Shown piece after piece: positions 50,615 through 61,443 of a stretch of DNA of 64,000 nucleotides. The notes under the pieces were generated by a model. That model saw only the letters and a list, made by a program, of their open reading frames with translations, searched no databases and was not told the origin of the DNA. The DNA comes from Candidatus Bathyarchaeota archaeon (GTDB lineage Archaea > Thermoproteota > Bathyarchaeia > Bathyarchaeales > Bathycorpusculaceae): contig CAVZIW010000006.1 of assembly GCA_963775465.1 (NCBI GenBank), positions 160,001 to 224,000 on the forward strand, in the 5' to 3' direction. How positions within the stretch are numbered: position 1 is the first letter of the stretch; each line of letters begins with the position of its first letter. The position numbers and the translations under genes are program-made.

Positions 50615-51613
50615 TTGAAACAAAAAATGCCTTTACCGTCAGCCGAACAAATTTGGAACATGCAAGACAAACAAATCCAAACTCTACTCGAATCAGGTAC
50701 CTTACAGCCAAAAAGTAAAGAGATCCGTTTTTACGCTCCCAGCTTCACCTACTACAAAACCAAACACTACTGCTCTTCAACAGCAGATTTTCCAACAATA
50801 TCCATCACAGGCAATGCTTGTTCCCTAAGCTGCAAACATTGCGGCGGCAAAGTCCTAGAAACTATGCACCCAGCAATAACCCCACAAACCCTCTTTGAGT
50901 TAGGTGTAAAACTAAAACAGAATGGCGCCAAAGGCGTTCTAGTTAGCGGTGGATGCCTATCTGATGGTTCAGTACCAATTGACAAATTTATACCCATTAT
51001 AGGGCGGTTCAAGCGGGAGTTAGGTTTAACAGTTTTTGTTCACACAGGGATAATAAAATCCGAAACGGCATCTGCACTCAAAGAAGCAAGGATCGATGCC
51101 GCACTGATTGATGTTATAGGTTCAACAAATACAGTCAAGAAAGTCTATAATCTATCAGTAACAGGTCAGGATTACTGTGATTCACTTAAGGAATTGCACA
51201 AAGCCAAGTTGCCTCTTGTTCCACATGTAATCGTTGGATTAAATGATGGCAAAATGGATGGCGAATTTGCAGCTCTACAAATGATAGCGCAAGTTAAACC
51301 TTCAGCCATAGTGATAATCGCTTTTATGCCAATTCACGGAACCCCAATGGCAAAGACACCACCTCCCAAACCTCTTAAAATAGCGAAAGTTATCGCAGTT
51401 GCACGAACAATGTTCCCTAAAACCCCCATTGTTTTAGGATGTATGCGGCCAAAAGGAGAGTTGCGAAATTCAACAGATCTATTGGCTCTGAAAGCTGGAG
51501 TTGATGGTATTGCATTTCCAAGTGAGTCAGCCGTGGAATATGCAAAGAGCAAGGGGTTTAATGCTGTTTTTTCTTCCTATTGCTGTGCTCAGATGTACTT
51601 TGACTTAAAATAA
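50615..51613 (+). CDS. lipS1: Radical SAM protein, LipS1-like archaeal lipoyl synthase subunit
   Basis: CxxxCxxC 'CSLSCKHC' plus 'GCMR' and C-terminal 'CC' motifs described for LipS1. Confidence 0.7.
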   Translation: MKQKMPLPSAEQIWNMQDKQIQTLLESGTLQPKSKEIRFYAPSFTYYKTKHYCSSTADFPTISITGNACSLSCKHCGGKVLETMHPAITPQTLFELGVKLKQNGAKGVLVSGGCLSDGSVPIDKFIPIIGRFKRELGLTVFVHTGIIKSETASALKEARIDAALIDVIGSTNTVKKVYNLSVTGQDYCDSLKELHKAKLPLVPHVIVGLNDGKMDGEFAALQMIAQVKPSAIVIIAFMPIHGTPMAKTPPPKPLKIAKVIAVARTMFPKTPIVLGCMRPKGELRNSTDLLALKAGVDGIAFPSESAVEYAKSKGFNAVFSSYCCAQMYFDLK

Positions 51614-51622
51614 TGGCGAGGC

Positions 51623-52219
51623 TTAAGCTTTTAGGAATTTTTTGCCGACCACGATTGTCCATACAGAGAGAGCAAGACCTGAGGCTGCTTCGGGAATAGC
51701 AACGTTAGGAACATAGTTAAAGGCAAATAGCATAAGCCAAGGCAACGCCGCCAAAATTGCTACTGCAATGGTGAAAGCAGCCATTTTTCTTTGTCTATTA
51801 AGCCCAAATGCACCTGTTAATATGAACAATGCAATAGGCGCTAAAGTGAAGAATGCAACCGAAACCAGATAGTGAGTTGGTGAAAAACTTTCGTTAAAAA
51901 CGCCTATCGCCATAAGTGCAACGGTTGTCGCTGCAAAAAACCCAGAACCAACTTTGCCAACTAAGCTCTTTCTGAAATAGATGACAAGTCCAAAAACTGC
52001 AAATAACAAGCCCAAAAAACCGCTTGCAACCAACCCAAAATTAAAAACCGGTCCAGTTACACCGGATATTACACCAAGGTCGCTTAACGCATTGTTGGTC
52101 CAGCTAAAGGCAGGATACGATAAAATAGCGATTATAATACAACTAAAGGCAACTATGGGAGTAGCTATACCCAATGCTGATCCAATCTTCAGATATTTAG
52201 TAAGAGTCGGATTTGACAT
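51623..52219 (-). CDS. DUF998 family membrane protein
   Basis: 'FSWTNNALSDLG', 'IGVFNE', 'H..VSVAFF', 'AIPE'. Confidence 0.8.
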   Translation of the reverse strand: MSNPTLTKYLKIGSALGIATPIVAFSCIIIAILSYPAFSWTNNALSDLGVISGVTGPVFNFGLVASGFLGLLFAVFGLVIYFRKSLVGKVGSGFFAATTVALMAIGVFNESFSPTHYLVSVAFFTLAPIALFILTGAFGLNRQRKMAAFTIAVAILAALPWLMLFAFNYVPNVAIPEAASGLALSVWTIVVGKKFLKA

Positions 52220-52250
52220 AATATCAATTTAGTTATTGGCTATTGATGTT

Positions 52251-53402
52251 TTAAGAATTTGCGTTCGCTGGAACAAACCGCCTCAACCGTTGAAGAGAAT
52301 TCATCTTTTCTTTATCGCCTATTTTAGCTTCCTGAACCGATTCTCTAAGTATTTCGATGGATTGATCCATGGCTTTTCGGTCCACAGGATAAGGAACACC
52401 GTCTTTACCGCCATATGCAAAACTAAATTTAACGGGGTCTTCCCAACTAGGTTCTTCACCATAAACCAGTTCAGCGACAAGCGCAAGTCCCCGTACAGTT
52501 GCGGGTCCAACACCTTGAATGCTGAGAAGTTCTTCATAGTTTCGAGGTTGAAACTCGTATACACGCGATAGAGTATCCCAATTGATGTTTCGGGGCATAT
52601 TAAGCGCAGTTTGGGTTTGCATCCAAGGATCTGTAGTTTCAGGCAACCAAGTCTGCAGAGAAGCTTGATTTTGGGGTTTAGCGGTAGATCGTATGAGACT
52701 GAAAAGTTTCTTGGTCGGTTCTTTGGATAAGTCAACAGATGCCCTGCGGGCGGTTTCGCTTTGTTTTGACACCATATTCAGGGCTCTTACGCGTTTAATA
52801 TTGCAAGCAATGGCGTTGTGTGGTTCAACCACAAAGTCCTTTGTGTTTTCGCTAAGCCAATGGTAACGTCGAGCTGACCGATCTTGGTTACTCATACCTT
52901 GCTGTATAACCGCCCACTTCTCATCTTTAGTTACCAGAAAGGCGTGATGGTAGAGTTGGTAGCCAGCTTGGATCGCAGTGTTGTCCACTTTGGCGGTTAT
53001 ACGGCTAGTGTAGATAAGGTTGTCTATGGTTTGTTGCGAAAAACCGAATTTTTCTCCAACTACCACAATGTCGCCAGGAGTCTTCCTTGACGTTTTTCCT
53101 TTGCCACCACACAAAGCAACTCCATGATCCTCGGGAGACAAAGCTCCTTTAAGAATTCCAGTAACAACCGTAGTCACACCTGAACTATGCCAGTCATAAG
53201 CCAAAACGCAGCCAAAAGCTTGAAACCAATATGGATCGGAGAGGCGCTGAATAAATTTATCTGCACCATACTCTTCAATCATGATATTAGCGATTTCCCT
53301 TGCAAGCTTACGCATTCGCACAGTAAGCCATGAAGGCGCTTTGCCACCGTGAAGGGGCAAGTTTGCAGTACCAGTCCGACCTCCTAACGAACAATGCTGC
53401 AA
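52251..53402 (-). CDS. DUF763 family protein
   Basis: 'LPLHGGKAP.WL', 'DWHSSG.TT', 'AKVDN', 'FSFAYGGKDGVPYPV'. Confidence 0.88.
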   Translation of the reverse strand: MQHCSLGGRTGTANLPLHGGKAPSWLTVRMRKLAREIANIMIEEYGADKFIQRLSDPYWFQAFGCVLAYDWHSSGVTTVVTGILKGALSPEDHGVALCGGKGKTSRKTPGDIVVVGEKFGFSQQTIDNLIYTSRITAKVDNTAIQAGYQLYHHAFLVTKDEKWAVIQQGMSNQDRSARRYHWLSENTKDFVVEPHNAIACNIKRVRALNMVSKQSETARRASVDLSKEPTKKLFSLIRSTAKPQNQASLQTWLPETTDPWMQTQTALNMPRNINWDTLSRVYEFQPRNYEELLSIQGVGPATVRGLALVAELVYGEEPSWEDPVKFSFAYGGKDGVPYPVDRKAMDQSIEILRESVQEAKIGDKEKMNSLQRLRRFVPANANS

Positions 53403-53694
53403 GATTCCAAGCGCTCCTTACTCTCAACACAAAAAGGAAACAAGCCAATTTAAAAATAGCTACAACTTTTCTCCAAAAAATACCCTAAATACTGGACCGA
53501 TTTAGCACTAAACATGTAGAATAAAAAAATCTCCCAATATATCTCGATAAAGAGCCAATAACAAATTCAAATCGTAACATATCACAAAACTCCACTGTAC
53601 CAAAAAACGAAATAACACGTCAATGAACCAAACATATCTGTAATACACAAGTCTTTTATGACCTGAATTTCATCTCGCGTTAGGTACAAATACA

Positions 53695-54324
53695 ATGAGA
53701 AAAATGCAGGTTCAATCCTCCTCTACTAAACCGAAGAGCAAAATCAAATTAAGCCAAATAATTCCAGTAATCATAATCGTTGCATCATTTGCTGGAGCGC
53801 TGTACTTTTCCGGTTTTTTTGACAATTTTACCTCCGACCCGAACCCTGCAGACTTCACAGACAATGTCATCTCTGACGGAGGAAAACTTACCCCTACAAG
53901 AAACATAGAAGGAACATGGAAAACAACATTTTCCACACAATTCACAATTGCAACAGACTACGAAAACTTTGGGCAACTCGCCAATGTGGGCACAGAAGAC
54001 CGAACAATGACTTGGACTATAACAGGAACAAGCGACGAAAACGTTGTATTAGTAAACGTAGAGTTTGACTATTCCAACAGACAATTAACCTCTGAGTCAG
54101 GTTACACTCCAGACACTTCATTTATGCAATTAACAGGAATAATCAATGGAACGCAACTGACATTAACTAAGGGAAATGCTGGACCCATTAAACAAATTGG
54201 CACAATTGGCGAATTTACTTTCACCTCGACCCAGATGGAAGGAACATGGCATGACCACTGGACTGGCGTCTGGGAACAAAACGTTTACACTCCGACCAAC
54301 GGTTTGAAACTAACAAAACAATAA
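53695..54324 (+). CDS. Membrane-anchored beta-rich hypothetical protein
   Basis: N-terminal TM, T/G-rich beta domain with 'IEGTWK' and 'MEGTWH'. Confidence 0.7.
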   Translation: MRKMQVQSSSTKPKSKIKLSQIIPVIIIVASFAGALYFSGFFDNFTSDPNPADFTDNVISDGGKLTPTRNIEGTWKTTFSTQFTIATDYENFGQLANVGTEDRTMTWTITGTSDENVVLVNVEFDYSNRQLTSESGYTPDTSFMQLTGIINGTQLTLTKGNAGPIKQIGTIGEFTFTSTQMEGTWHDHWTGVWEQNVYTPTNGLKLTKQ

Positions 54325-54441
54325 AGATACAAAATCAATATCAATAAGAAATTAAAAATAATCTGACAATAATTAACCATTTATCCTTTTTAAACTCATT
54401 AAGAAATAGCGGGAAATAGCGGGAAAACCAAACATTTACTG

Positions 54442-54654
54442 CTATGGTTTGTAAATAATTAAGTAATCCTTGTTCTGTTCACAAGAGAGCCCTCTATCAT
54501 TTAGGAGACTCCCTATTTTTTGGCTGTCATAATCTCCTTTAATTTTCAATATACATTTTTCTGGAGCCCCTTGTTCAATCGAAACCAAATTGGGAAGAAC
54601 AAAACCATTAGCAACTAGTTCAGTAAACAGAGCAACAGCCTCTTTCCTATTCAC
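54442..54654 (-). CDS. Small hypothetical protein (paralog of 41297..41514)
   Basis: Shared 'EA.AL..EL...G.V.P..VS.E' and C-terminal 'IYKP'. Confidence 0.65.
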   Translation of the reverse strand: MNRKEAVALFTELVANGFVLPNLVSIEQGAPEKCILKIKGDYDSQKIGSLLNDRGLSCEQNKDYLIIYKP

Positions 54655-55079
54655 AGTGTTCTCCCACACAGCCTCTTTAAAGTATATTCTTAATAACGTT
54701 TTGCATAAACAAGCAAATCAAATATTGAAACAAAGAATACCTGAAAAGAAGAAATAAAGCTAAAACCACTTGTTGTTCTTGGATGTGACAACATTGCTTC
54801 TTATACTGTAATGATATTTTAATGTTGAATAAAACTCTGAAAGTGTCTCTTGCATGGCTGTCTGCCCGAATTGCGGAAATGAGGTCGCTATACCCGATAG
54901 AAAATTAGAAAATTCAGTGTTCTGTTTGTCACTTTTCATTTGCCCAAATTGCAAAATTAGCTTTAAAACCACTTATTAGCTTTCTTACGCGAAACCAGCC
55001 TGTATTAGCTATATATTTCCCTAATTGTTTTTGAAGTTTCCGGGGTTCGTTGCATTCAGATTTATCATTGGTTATTATT

Positions 55080-57851
55080 CTAAACGTGATCATGTTTACT
55101 TAAGTCCTCTGATGTTTTGGCAAATTTTCTGCTAAAGAGCTTGCGGAGTTCTTCAGCAAAAATAACAACAATTGCAAGTAATAATAGATAAAGCCAGTCA
55201 GTGAACCCGAGAGCGGTCGTTCCGAAAACTTCCTGCATTAACGGGACGTAAACCAATAATGCGAGGATCGACAGTTGTGATACGATTCCGAAGATTATCC
55301 ATTTGTTTTTAGCCAAACTGGTTTTGAAGATTGATTGCTTACTAGTTCGGCAGGCTAAAACGTTCCCTGCTTGAGCAACAACGATACCTGCAAACGTCAT
55401 TGTTACTCCTTTTATGTACACTTGACTATCTGCAGCTAGACTCTGACCAAACTGCCAACCTCCAGCTGTCCAAGCGCTAAAACATCCGATCATGGCACCT
55501 ACTGCAATGATCATTCCTATGAAGAATGACCTGCCAAAGACTCTGCGTGTGAAAAGTTTCTCTCTTGAGCTTCTCGGTGGCTCTTGCATGATTCCTGCTT
55601 CTGGAGGTTCCCGACTAAGCGCCAAACTTGGAATAACATCAATAGCCAAGTCAATAGCTAATACCTGAACTACAAGTAACGGAAGTGGAATTGCTAAAAT
55701 CGCATAAAGTACGTAAGGAATGAGTTCTGCCCAGTTGTGGCTGAAAACGTAAACGATAAACTTGCGGATGTTCTCGTAGATTGCCCTGCCAGATTCAACA
55801 GCTTTTACTATTGAAGCAAAACTGTCGTTAAGCAAAACTATGTCTGCGGCTTCGCGCGCCACATCAGTTCCAGATGCACCCATGGCAACACCGATATCAG
55901 CTTCTTTAAGTGATGGCGCATCATTAGCTCCGTCACCAGTAACCGCAACTACCTCTCCACTTTCCTTTAGAACCGTCACGATTCGCAGTTTCTGTTCTGG
56001 AGAAACGCGTGCAAAAATAACATTACCCTTTTTGACTTCATCAACTATTGCTTGGTCGCCTAAATCTTCTAGGTCCACTCCGCGGATAACTTGGCTAAAT
56101 TCTTTTTCAACGATACCTACTTCTTGAGCGATAAATTGCGCGGTTGGACCATAGTCACCGGTGATTATGACTGTTTTAATTCCTGCTTGTTTGGCTTCTG
56201 AAACTGCGTCTTTTACCTCTTTTCTGGGGGGATCCCGCATTGCAGCTAAACCGACAAAAATAAGGTCTTTTTCTAATTCTTCATCTTTTTTGTACTCAGA
56301 TTTGGGGATTTCTCTATAGGCCGCAGCTATTACACGTAAGCCTTCGACAGCGAACTCGTGAATTCTTCCTTCAATCCACATCAAATTATCAGAAGTCAAC
56401 GTTTCAATTTTGCCGTCAACAAACACTTTTGTACATATGTCCAAAACATTTCTTGGTGCACCCTTCGTGTAGACAACGATGTTATCATCTTTGATTTGAT
56501 GAATCGTGCTCATGCGTTTGCTTTCAAAATTAAAAGGTAAAATGTCAATGTTTGGCTTTTCATTAATAAGTTCTTCAATATTTTGACCATATTTTAATGC
56601 CGCAACTAGCAATGCACCATCGGTGGGGTCGCCGATTACGCTCCAGTTACGATTTCGGTCAGAAGGTGGTTCAATTTTGGCTACGTTACAAAGAGCGGCA
56701 ATCTCAAGAAGCTTGTCGAGTGATTCTGTTTCGTCTTCTTTAAGTGGTTCTCCGTTAGTGGTGAAATCTCCAACTGGCATGTAGCCTAAACCAGAAACCT
56801 CAACCACTTTATCTTTAACCCAGAGCTTATTAACAGTCATCTCGCCCTTAGTGATAGTGCCTGTTTTGTCAGTACAAATCACCGTAACGCTACCTAAAGT
56901 TTGAACCGCGGATAATCTTTTAACTACAACATTTTGTTTGACCATCTTGAGCACGTTAATAGCTAAAGCGCTCGAAACAGTAACCTGCAAACCTTCAGGG
57001 ACACAACACACCATAACACCGATCATGAAAAATATGCTTGTAGCAAGAGAATTCGTAATAAGATAACTTACAAACAGAAAAATGACGCCCACACATATAG
57101 CTATTATGAAATCATACTTTGCCATGGACGCTATTTCTTTCTGAAGAGGGCTCTCTTCTTCACGAATCGTCTGCGTTAGACTTGCAATTCTGCCAAACTG
57201 CGTCGCCATTCCGGATGCATAAACGACCGCTTTGCCACGACCTTTGGCAACACTGGTGCTCATAAAGACGAGGTTGGGTGAATACAAATACGCTTTCTCA
57301 ACAACCTTAACAGTTGCAGCATCTCGCGGCTGAGGTTCCGATTCACCTGTCAAAGGAACATTATTAGTCCACAAATCGAATGTCTCTATCAAGCGGGCAT
57401 CTGCAGGAACCCGGTCTCCTTCCTCGAGAAAAATTACGTCTCCTGGCACGATTTCTCGAACAAGAATTTTCTTTACTTCGCCATCACGGAAAACTTTAGC
57501 GTATTCTGGCATCCAACTTTTGAGGGTTTCCATAGCTTTTTCAGCGCGAGATTCTTGGAAGATGCTTACAAAAATGTTGACGAAAACCACTGCAAGGATT
57601 ATTAAAGCCAATTCTGGATTTGTAGGGTTTGAAATGTAAGAAAGGACTGCCGCCACAAGCAACAGAATTCCGAACAAATCTTTGAGGTGCTCAATGAATT
57701 TGTGGATTAAGGGGATTTGTCTTTTTTCTGTTAACTTGTTGTAACCGTATTTTTTGAGTCGAAGTTTAGCTTCTTCACTGCTTAAACCATTCTCAGATGT
57801 TTTTAGGTCATTGAAAACCTTGTCAATAGACATGGAGGCAGCTTTTTCCAA
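55080..57851 (-). CDS. Cation-transporting P-type ATPase (P2 type, P2C-like)
   Basis: TGES, 'VPEGL', DKTGT, 'KGAP', 'TGDGAND', TM6 'LAIDLAID'. Confidence 0.95.
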   Translation of the reverse strand: MEKAASMSIDKVFNDLKTSENGLSSEEAKLRLKKYGYNKLTEKRQIPLIHKFIEHLKDLFGILLLVAAVLSYISNPTNPELALIILAVVFVNIFVSIFQESRAEKAMETLKSWMPEYAKVFRDGEVKKILVREIVPGDVIFLEEGDRVPADARLIETFDLWTNNVPLTGESEPQPRDAATVKVVEKAYLYSPNLVFMSTSVAKGRGKAVVYASGMATQFGRIASLTQTIREEESPLQKEIASMAKYDFIIAICVGVIFLFVSYLITNSLATSIFFMIGVMVCCVPEGLQVTVSSALAINVLKMVKQNVVVKRLSAVQTLGSVTVICTDKTGTITKGEMTVNKLWVKDKVVEVSGLGYMPVGDFTTNGEPLKEDETESLDKLLEIAALCNVAKIEPPSDRNRNWSVIGDPTDGALLVAALKYGQNIEELINEKPNIDILPFNFESKRMSTIHQIKDDNIVVYTKGAPRNVLDICTKVFVDGKIETLTSDNLMWIEGRIHEFAVEGLRVIAAAYREIPKSEYKKDEELEKDLIFVGLAAMRDPPRKEVKDAVSEAKQAGIKTVIITGDYGPTAQFIAQEVGIVEKEFSQVIRGVDLEDLGDQAIVDEVKKGNVIFARVSPEQKLRIVTVLKESGEVVAVTGDGANDAPSLKEADIGVAMGASGTDVAREAADIVLLNDSFASIVKAVESGRAIYENIRKFIVYVFSHNWAELIPYVLYAILAIPLPLLVVQVLAIDLAIDVIPSLALSREPPEAGIMQEPPRSSREKLFTRRVFGRSFFIGMIIAVGAMIGCFSAWTAGGWQFGQSLAADSQVYIKGVTMTFAGIVVAQAGNVLACRTSKQSIFKTSLAKNKWIIFGIVSQLSILALLVYVPLMQEVFGTTALGFTDWLYLLLLAIVVIFAEELRKLFSRKFAKTSEDLSKHDHV

Positions 57852-58493
57852 AATTAATCAATCCAGCGTAAAGAAACAATTAGTTATTTTATGAGCGAGC
57901 CCAACAAAAGATGAATGTTATTGGTGTGGAAGCGAGTTTATTTCGTAAATCACTATTTATTGTCGCCGTAATTGTTTGAGGATCCATTATATCATCAGCG
58001 TTAAACCTTTCTTATACTACGGTGTTTATTTTTTTGGTTAATGTTTATAGTTCCATTTAAACTAATCGGGTGGTAAGCTGTTTTTAGCCACAAAATACTG
58101 CACATTAAACATGCATTATATTCAAATAAAAACGGGGCTATTTAACATTATATTATTTTTTGAATATAAATTTTTTAGTAATAAAACAAAGCTAATTTAT
58201 CTACTTCAGAAAAAATTTTTTCACAACCTCAAAATCCAGTCAACCAACTTAACCTTGGGCTGAAAACAGGGGTTAGCTTATAACGGATTTTAAGGAAAGA
58301 AATCGCGGCAAAGCTTTTTTTCGAGGTAATTTTTGTCAATTTGTTTTAATGATTCATGCCATAAACTTAATAGGCGACAAATTCACTTTCCATGTAGCTT
58401 ACCAAATTTCACGAGAGACTTAGCAATGCTTCAAATAATTAAGAAACAGCCCTTTAAAGTAAAAAATACAACTAATAAGGAGATTGAATAACT

Positions 58494-60710
58494 ATGGCGC
58501 GTTATAGGCAAACTGAAGAAATTGTAAAATTAATGAATAATCCACAAATTATACGCAACTGCAGCATCATTGCTCACGTTGACCACGGAAAAACCACTCT
58601 ATCCGACAGCCTTTTGGCACACGCTGGAATCATCAGTACACAAACAGCTGGACAAAAACTATTCTTGGACAGCTGGGACCTAGAGCAGAAACGTCAAATG
58701 ACCGTTTTCGCCTCAAACGTCAGCTTAGTCCACACCTTCAACAATCAAGATTACCTCATAAACCTAATTGACACACCCGGACACATTGACTTCTCAGGTG
58801 CAGTCACAAGAAGCCTTCGCGCAGTCGACGGAGCACTCGTCGTCGTGGACGCAGTTGAAGGCCCAATGACCCAAACCGAAACCGTTCTCATGCAAGCTCT
58901 CCGAGAACGCGTTAAACCAATCCTATTTATCAATAAAGTGGATCGCCTTATCAAAGAAATCAAACTAACACCTGCAGAAATCCAAAAGAAATTTGCAAAG
59001 ATTCTACTCCGTGTTAATAACTTGATCGAGAAATACGCTCCGCCAGAACACAAACAAGACTGGCAAGTGAAGATCGAGGACAGTCGTGTCGCTTTCGGCT
59101 CTGCCCTTCACAAATGGGGTCTAAACCTTGATCACATGAAGCTAAAGAAAGTCAGCTTCCAAGATATCATCGATGCTTATACGGGTGACCCAGCAGATGT
59201 TGGCAAAAAAGTAGATGAACTAAGCAAGAGAGCGCCTCTACCCGAACCAATCCTCGACATGTTCTGCAAACATTTGCCAAACCCATTAGTCGCACAACCA
59301 TATAGGCAACCACAGATTTGGCCCGGTGACCCAGAAAGCGCAGTTGGTAAAGGTATGGCAACAGTCGACCCTAACGCACCTCTACTTATGTGCATATCCA
59401 CAATCGAAGTTGACCCCCACAGCGGAACAGTCGCTATCGGCAGAATCTTTAGTGGCGCCATTACAAAAGGCAAACAAGTCCAACTTGTCAGCGCCAACCA
59501 AAAAGGTACAATTCAACAAGTTTTTATGAGTATGGCAACTGACCGAGTATTCATAGACCGAGTACCAGCAGGCAACATCGGTGCAATATCTGGTTTACCG
59601 GCATTGCACGTAGGCGAAACCATCGGGGAAGAAGGAGTAGAGATTCACTCTTTTGAAGGATTACAATACGTTTCAGACCCAGTTGTAACCGTCGCAGTAG
59701 AACCCGAAGACGTCAAAGACCTGCCATTGTTTGACAAAGTAATGCATAAACTCACAACTGAAGACCCAAACCTGCACTTTAAAATGAACAAAGAAAGTGG
59801 CGAATTCCTCCTTTCAGGTATGGGTGAACTCCACCTTGAAATTACAGCTTACCGAATGCAAGAAGCAGGCCTAAAAGTCAAACTCAGCAAACCCATCGTA
59901 ATCTACCGAGAAACCATCAGCCACGACTACAAAGGTCCAGCAATCATGGGAAAAAGCCCAAACAAACATAACAAACTCTGGATAACCATAGAAAAACTCG
60001 CGCCTGAAATCATCGAAGCCATAAAATCAGAGAAAATCAATGACATGCAAAACAAAGACGAACGCACAAAGATTCTCCGCGGCTTAGGCTGGGCACCAGA
60101 CGACGCCAAAGGAGCAGTCGCCGTCGAAGAAAACAACATTCTCTGCAACCGCATCCGCGGACGACAATACGTAGAAGAAATCATTGACCACATCAAAACA
60201 GGTTTCCGCGAAGCAGTACACACCTCACCACTAGCCAAAGAACCAGCTTATGGCCTAAAGATTAACCTCGAAGACATAACCTTACACGAAGATCCCGTTC
60301 ACCGCGGACCTGCACAAGCTATCCCAATGACTTGGAGACCAATCTATTGTGCAATCCTACTCAGCAACCCGAAACTGCTCGAACCAATGATGAGTTTCGA
60401 ATGCAAAGTCCCAAGCGAATTCGTCAGTTCAGTCATTACACTACTCAACAAGCGACGAGGAAAAATCATAGACATGCCCTCTGAAGAAGACATGATCACC
60501 GTTAAAGCTGAAATGCCAGTTTCCGAATCCTTCGGCATTGCCGACGAACTGCGAAGCAGCACGCAAGGACGAGCCTTCTGGGCAACACAGTTCAGCCGTT
60601 GGGCAACAGTTCCCGAACAGATGCAGGCTGAAATAGTCAAGAAGATTCGAGAACGCAGAGGCTTATCACCAATTCCGCCAAAGCCAGAAGAATACTTCGA
60701 AAACGAATAA
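58494..60710 (+). CDS. fusA: Translation elongation factor 2 family protein (possibly the aEF-2p paralog)
   Basis: 'AHVDHGKTT', 'DTPGH', 'NKVD', 'GMGELHLE', 'HEDPVHRGPAQ'; switch I reads RQMT rather than RGIT. Confidence 0.9.
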   Translation: MARYRQTEEIVKLMNNPQIIRNCSIIAHVDHGKTTLSDSLLAHAGIISTQTAGQKLFLDSWDLEQKRQMTVFASNVSLVHTFNNQDYLINLIDTPGHIDFSGAVTRSLRAVDGALVVVDAVEGPMTQTETVLMQALRERVKPILFINKVDRLIKEIKLTPAEIQKKFAKILLRVNNLIEKYAPPEHKQDWQVKIEDSRVAFGSALHKWGLNLDHMKLKKVSFQDIIDAYTGDPADVGKKVDELSKRAPLPEPILDMFCKHLPNPLVAQPYRQPQIWPGDPESAVGKGMATVDPNAPLLMCISTIEVDPHSGTVAIGRIFSGAITKGKQVQLVSANQKGTIQQVFMSMATDRVFIDRVPAGNIGAISGLPALHVGETIGEEGVEIHSFEGLQYVSDPVVTVAVEPEDVKDLPLFDKVMHKLTTEDPNLHFKMNKESGEFLLSGMGELHLEITAYRMQEAGLKVKLSKPIVIYRETISHDYKGPAIMGKSPNKHNKLWITIEKLAPEIIEAIKSEKINDMQNKDERTKILRGLGWAPDDAKGAVAVEENNILCNRIRGRQYVEEIIDHIKTGFREAVHTSPLAKEPAYGLKINLEDITLHEDPVHRGPAQAIPMTWRPIYCAILLSNPKLLEPMMSFECKVPSEFVSSVITLLNKRRGKIIDMPSEEDMITVKAEMPVSESFGIADELRSSTQGRAFWATQFSRWATVPEQMQAEIVKKIRERRGLSPIPPKPEEYFENE

Positions 60711-60738
60711 GCGGAAATCCGCTTCTATTTCTTTTTTC
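60709..60738 (+). terminator. Hairpin plus T-rich terminator after EF-2
   Basis: AAGCGG-aaat-CCGCTT followed by ctatttctttttt. Confidence 0.55.
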
Positions 60739-60834
60739 GTTCAATTTCTAATCTGTAAAAACATCTATAATGCAATTAATCAAATTCGGTAGTCATTATG
60801 GTAATGCTTTAATTCGAAGTATTGATTAATTTCA

Positions 60835-61431
60835 TTGAGTAATATGATAGTCGGCATTTGTGGCAGCCCAAGAAAGCAAGCTACAGAATACGTTCTTGAA
60901 GAAGCCCTAAAAATGTTGGAAGAAAAAGGCTTTAAGACTAAGCTTTGGACTGTTCGAGGAAAATGGGTAGACTATTGTGCACACTGCGATTACTGCCTCA
61001 GAGAAAAAGAGTGTGTAGTGCAAGATGATTTACAAGAACTCTACGCATTGCTCGCGGAAGCAGAAGGGATCATTTTTGCATCTCCTGTATACAATGGGGG
61101 AGTAAGTGCTCAAATTAAAGCAGTGATGGATAGAATGCGAGCGCCCGTAGCTTCAGACAAGAATTTTTTCAAAGGAAAAATAGGTATGGGCATTGTAGTT
61201 GGAGGAGACAGGCAAGGGGGACAAGAATTTGCTTTAATGCAGATACACACCTTCTACATCATTAACGGCATGATTCCTGCAAGCGGCGGCTTTTTTGGAG
61301 CAAACTTAGGCGCAACTTTTTGGTCAAAGGACACATTAGACGGCGTCAAGTTGGATGAGGAAGGATTTAGAAGCTTAAAAAAAACCACGAAACGATTTGC
61401 TGAATATCTTCAGCTTTACACTAAAAAATAA
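60835..61431 (+). CDS. Iron-sulfur flavoprotein (Isf / multimeric flavodoxin)
   Basis: 'GSPR', CxxCxxCxxxxxC, 'ASPVY.G', 'GGQE'. Confidence 0.88.
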   Translation: MSNMIVGICGSPRKQATEYVLEEALKMLEEKGFKTKLWTVRGKWVDYCAHCDYCLREKECVVQDDLQELYALLAEAEGIIFASPVYNGGVSAQIKAVMDRMRAPVASDKNFFKGKIGMGIVVGGDRQGGQEFALMQIHTFYIINGMIPASGGFFGANLGATFWSKDTLDGVKLDEEGFRSLKKTTKRFAEYLQLYTKK

Positions 61432-61443
61432 TTGTGAACGAAA

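Noticed and set aside
54403-54425. Tandem repeat GAAATAGCGG x2
   Set aside because: Two copies only, no spacers; not CRISPR-like
54760-54972. 70-aa minus-strand ORF and opposite-strand 'CPNCG' fragment
   Set aside because: No RBS or coherent domain; the Cys motif sits in a short unsupported frame
57990-58490. AT-rich intergenic region as replication origin
   Set aside because: No ORB-like repeats or cdc6 nearby; explained by divergent promoters
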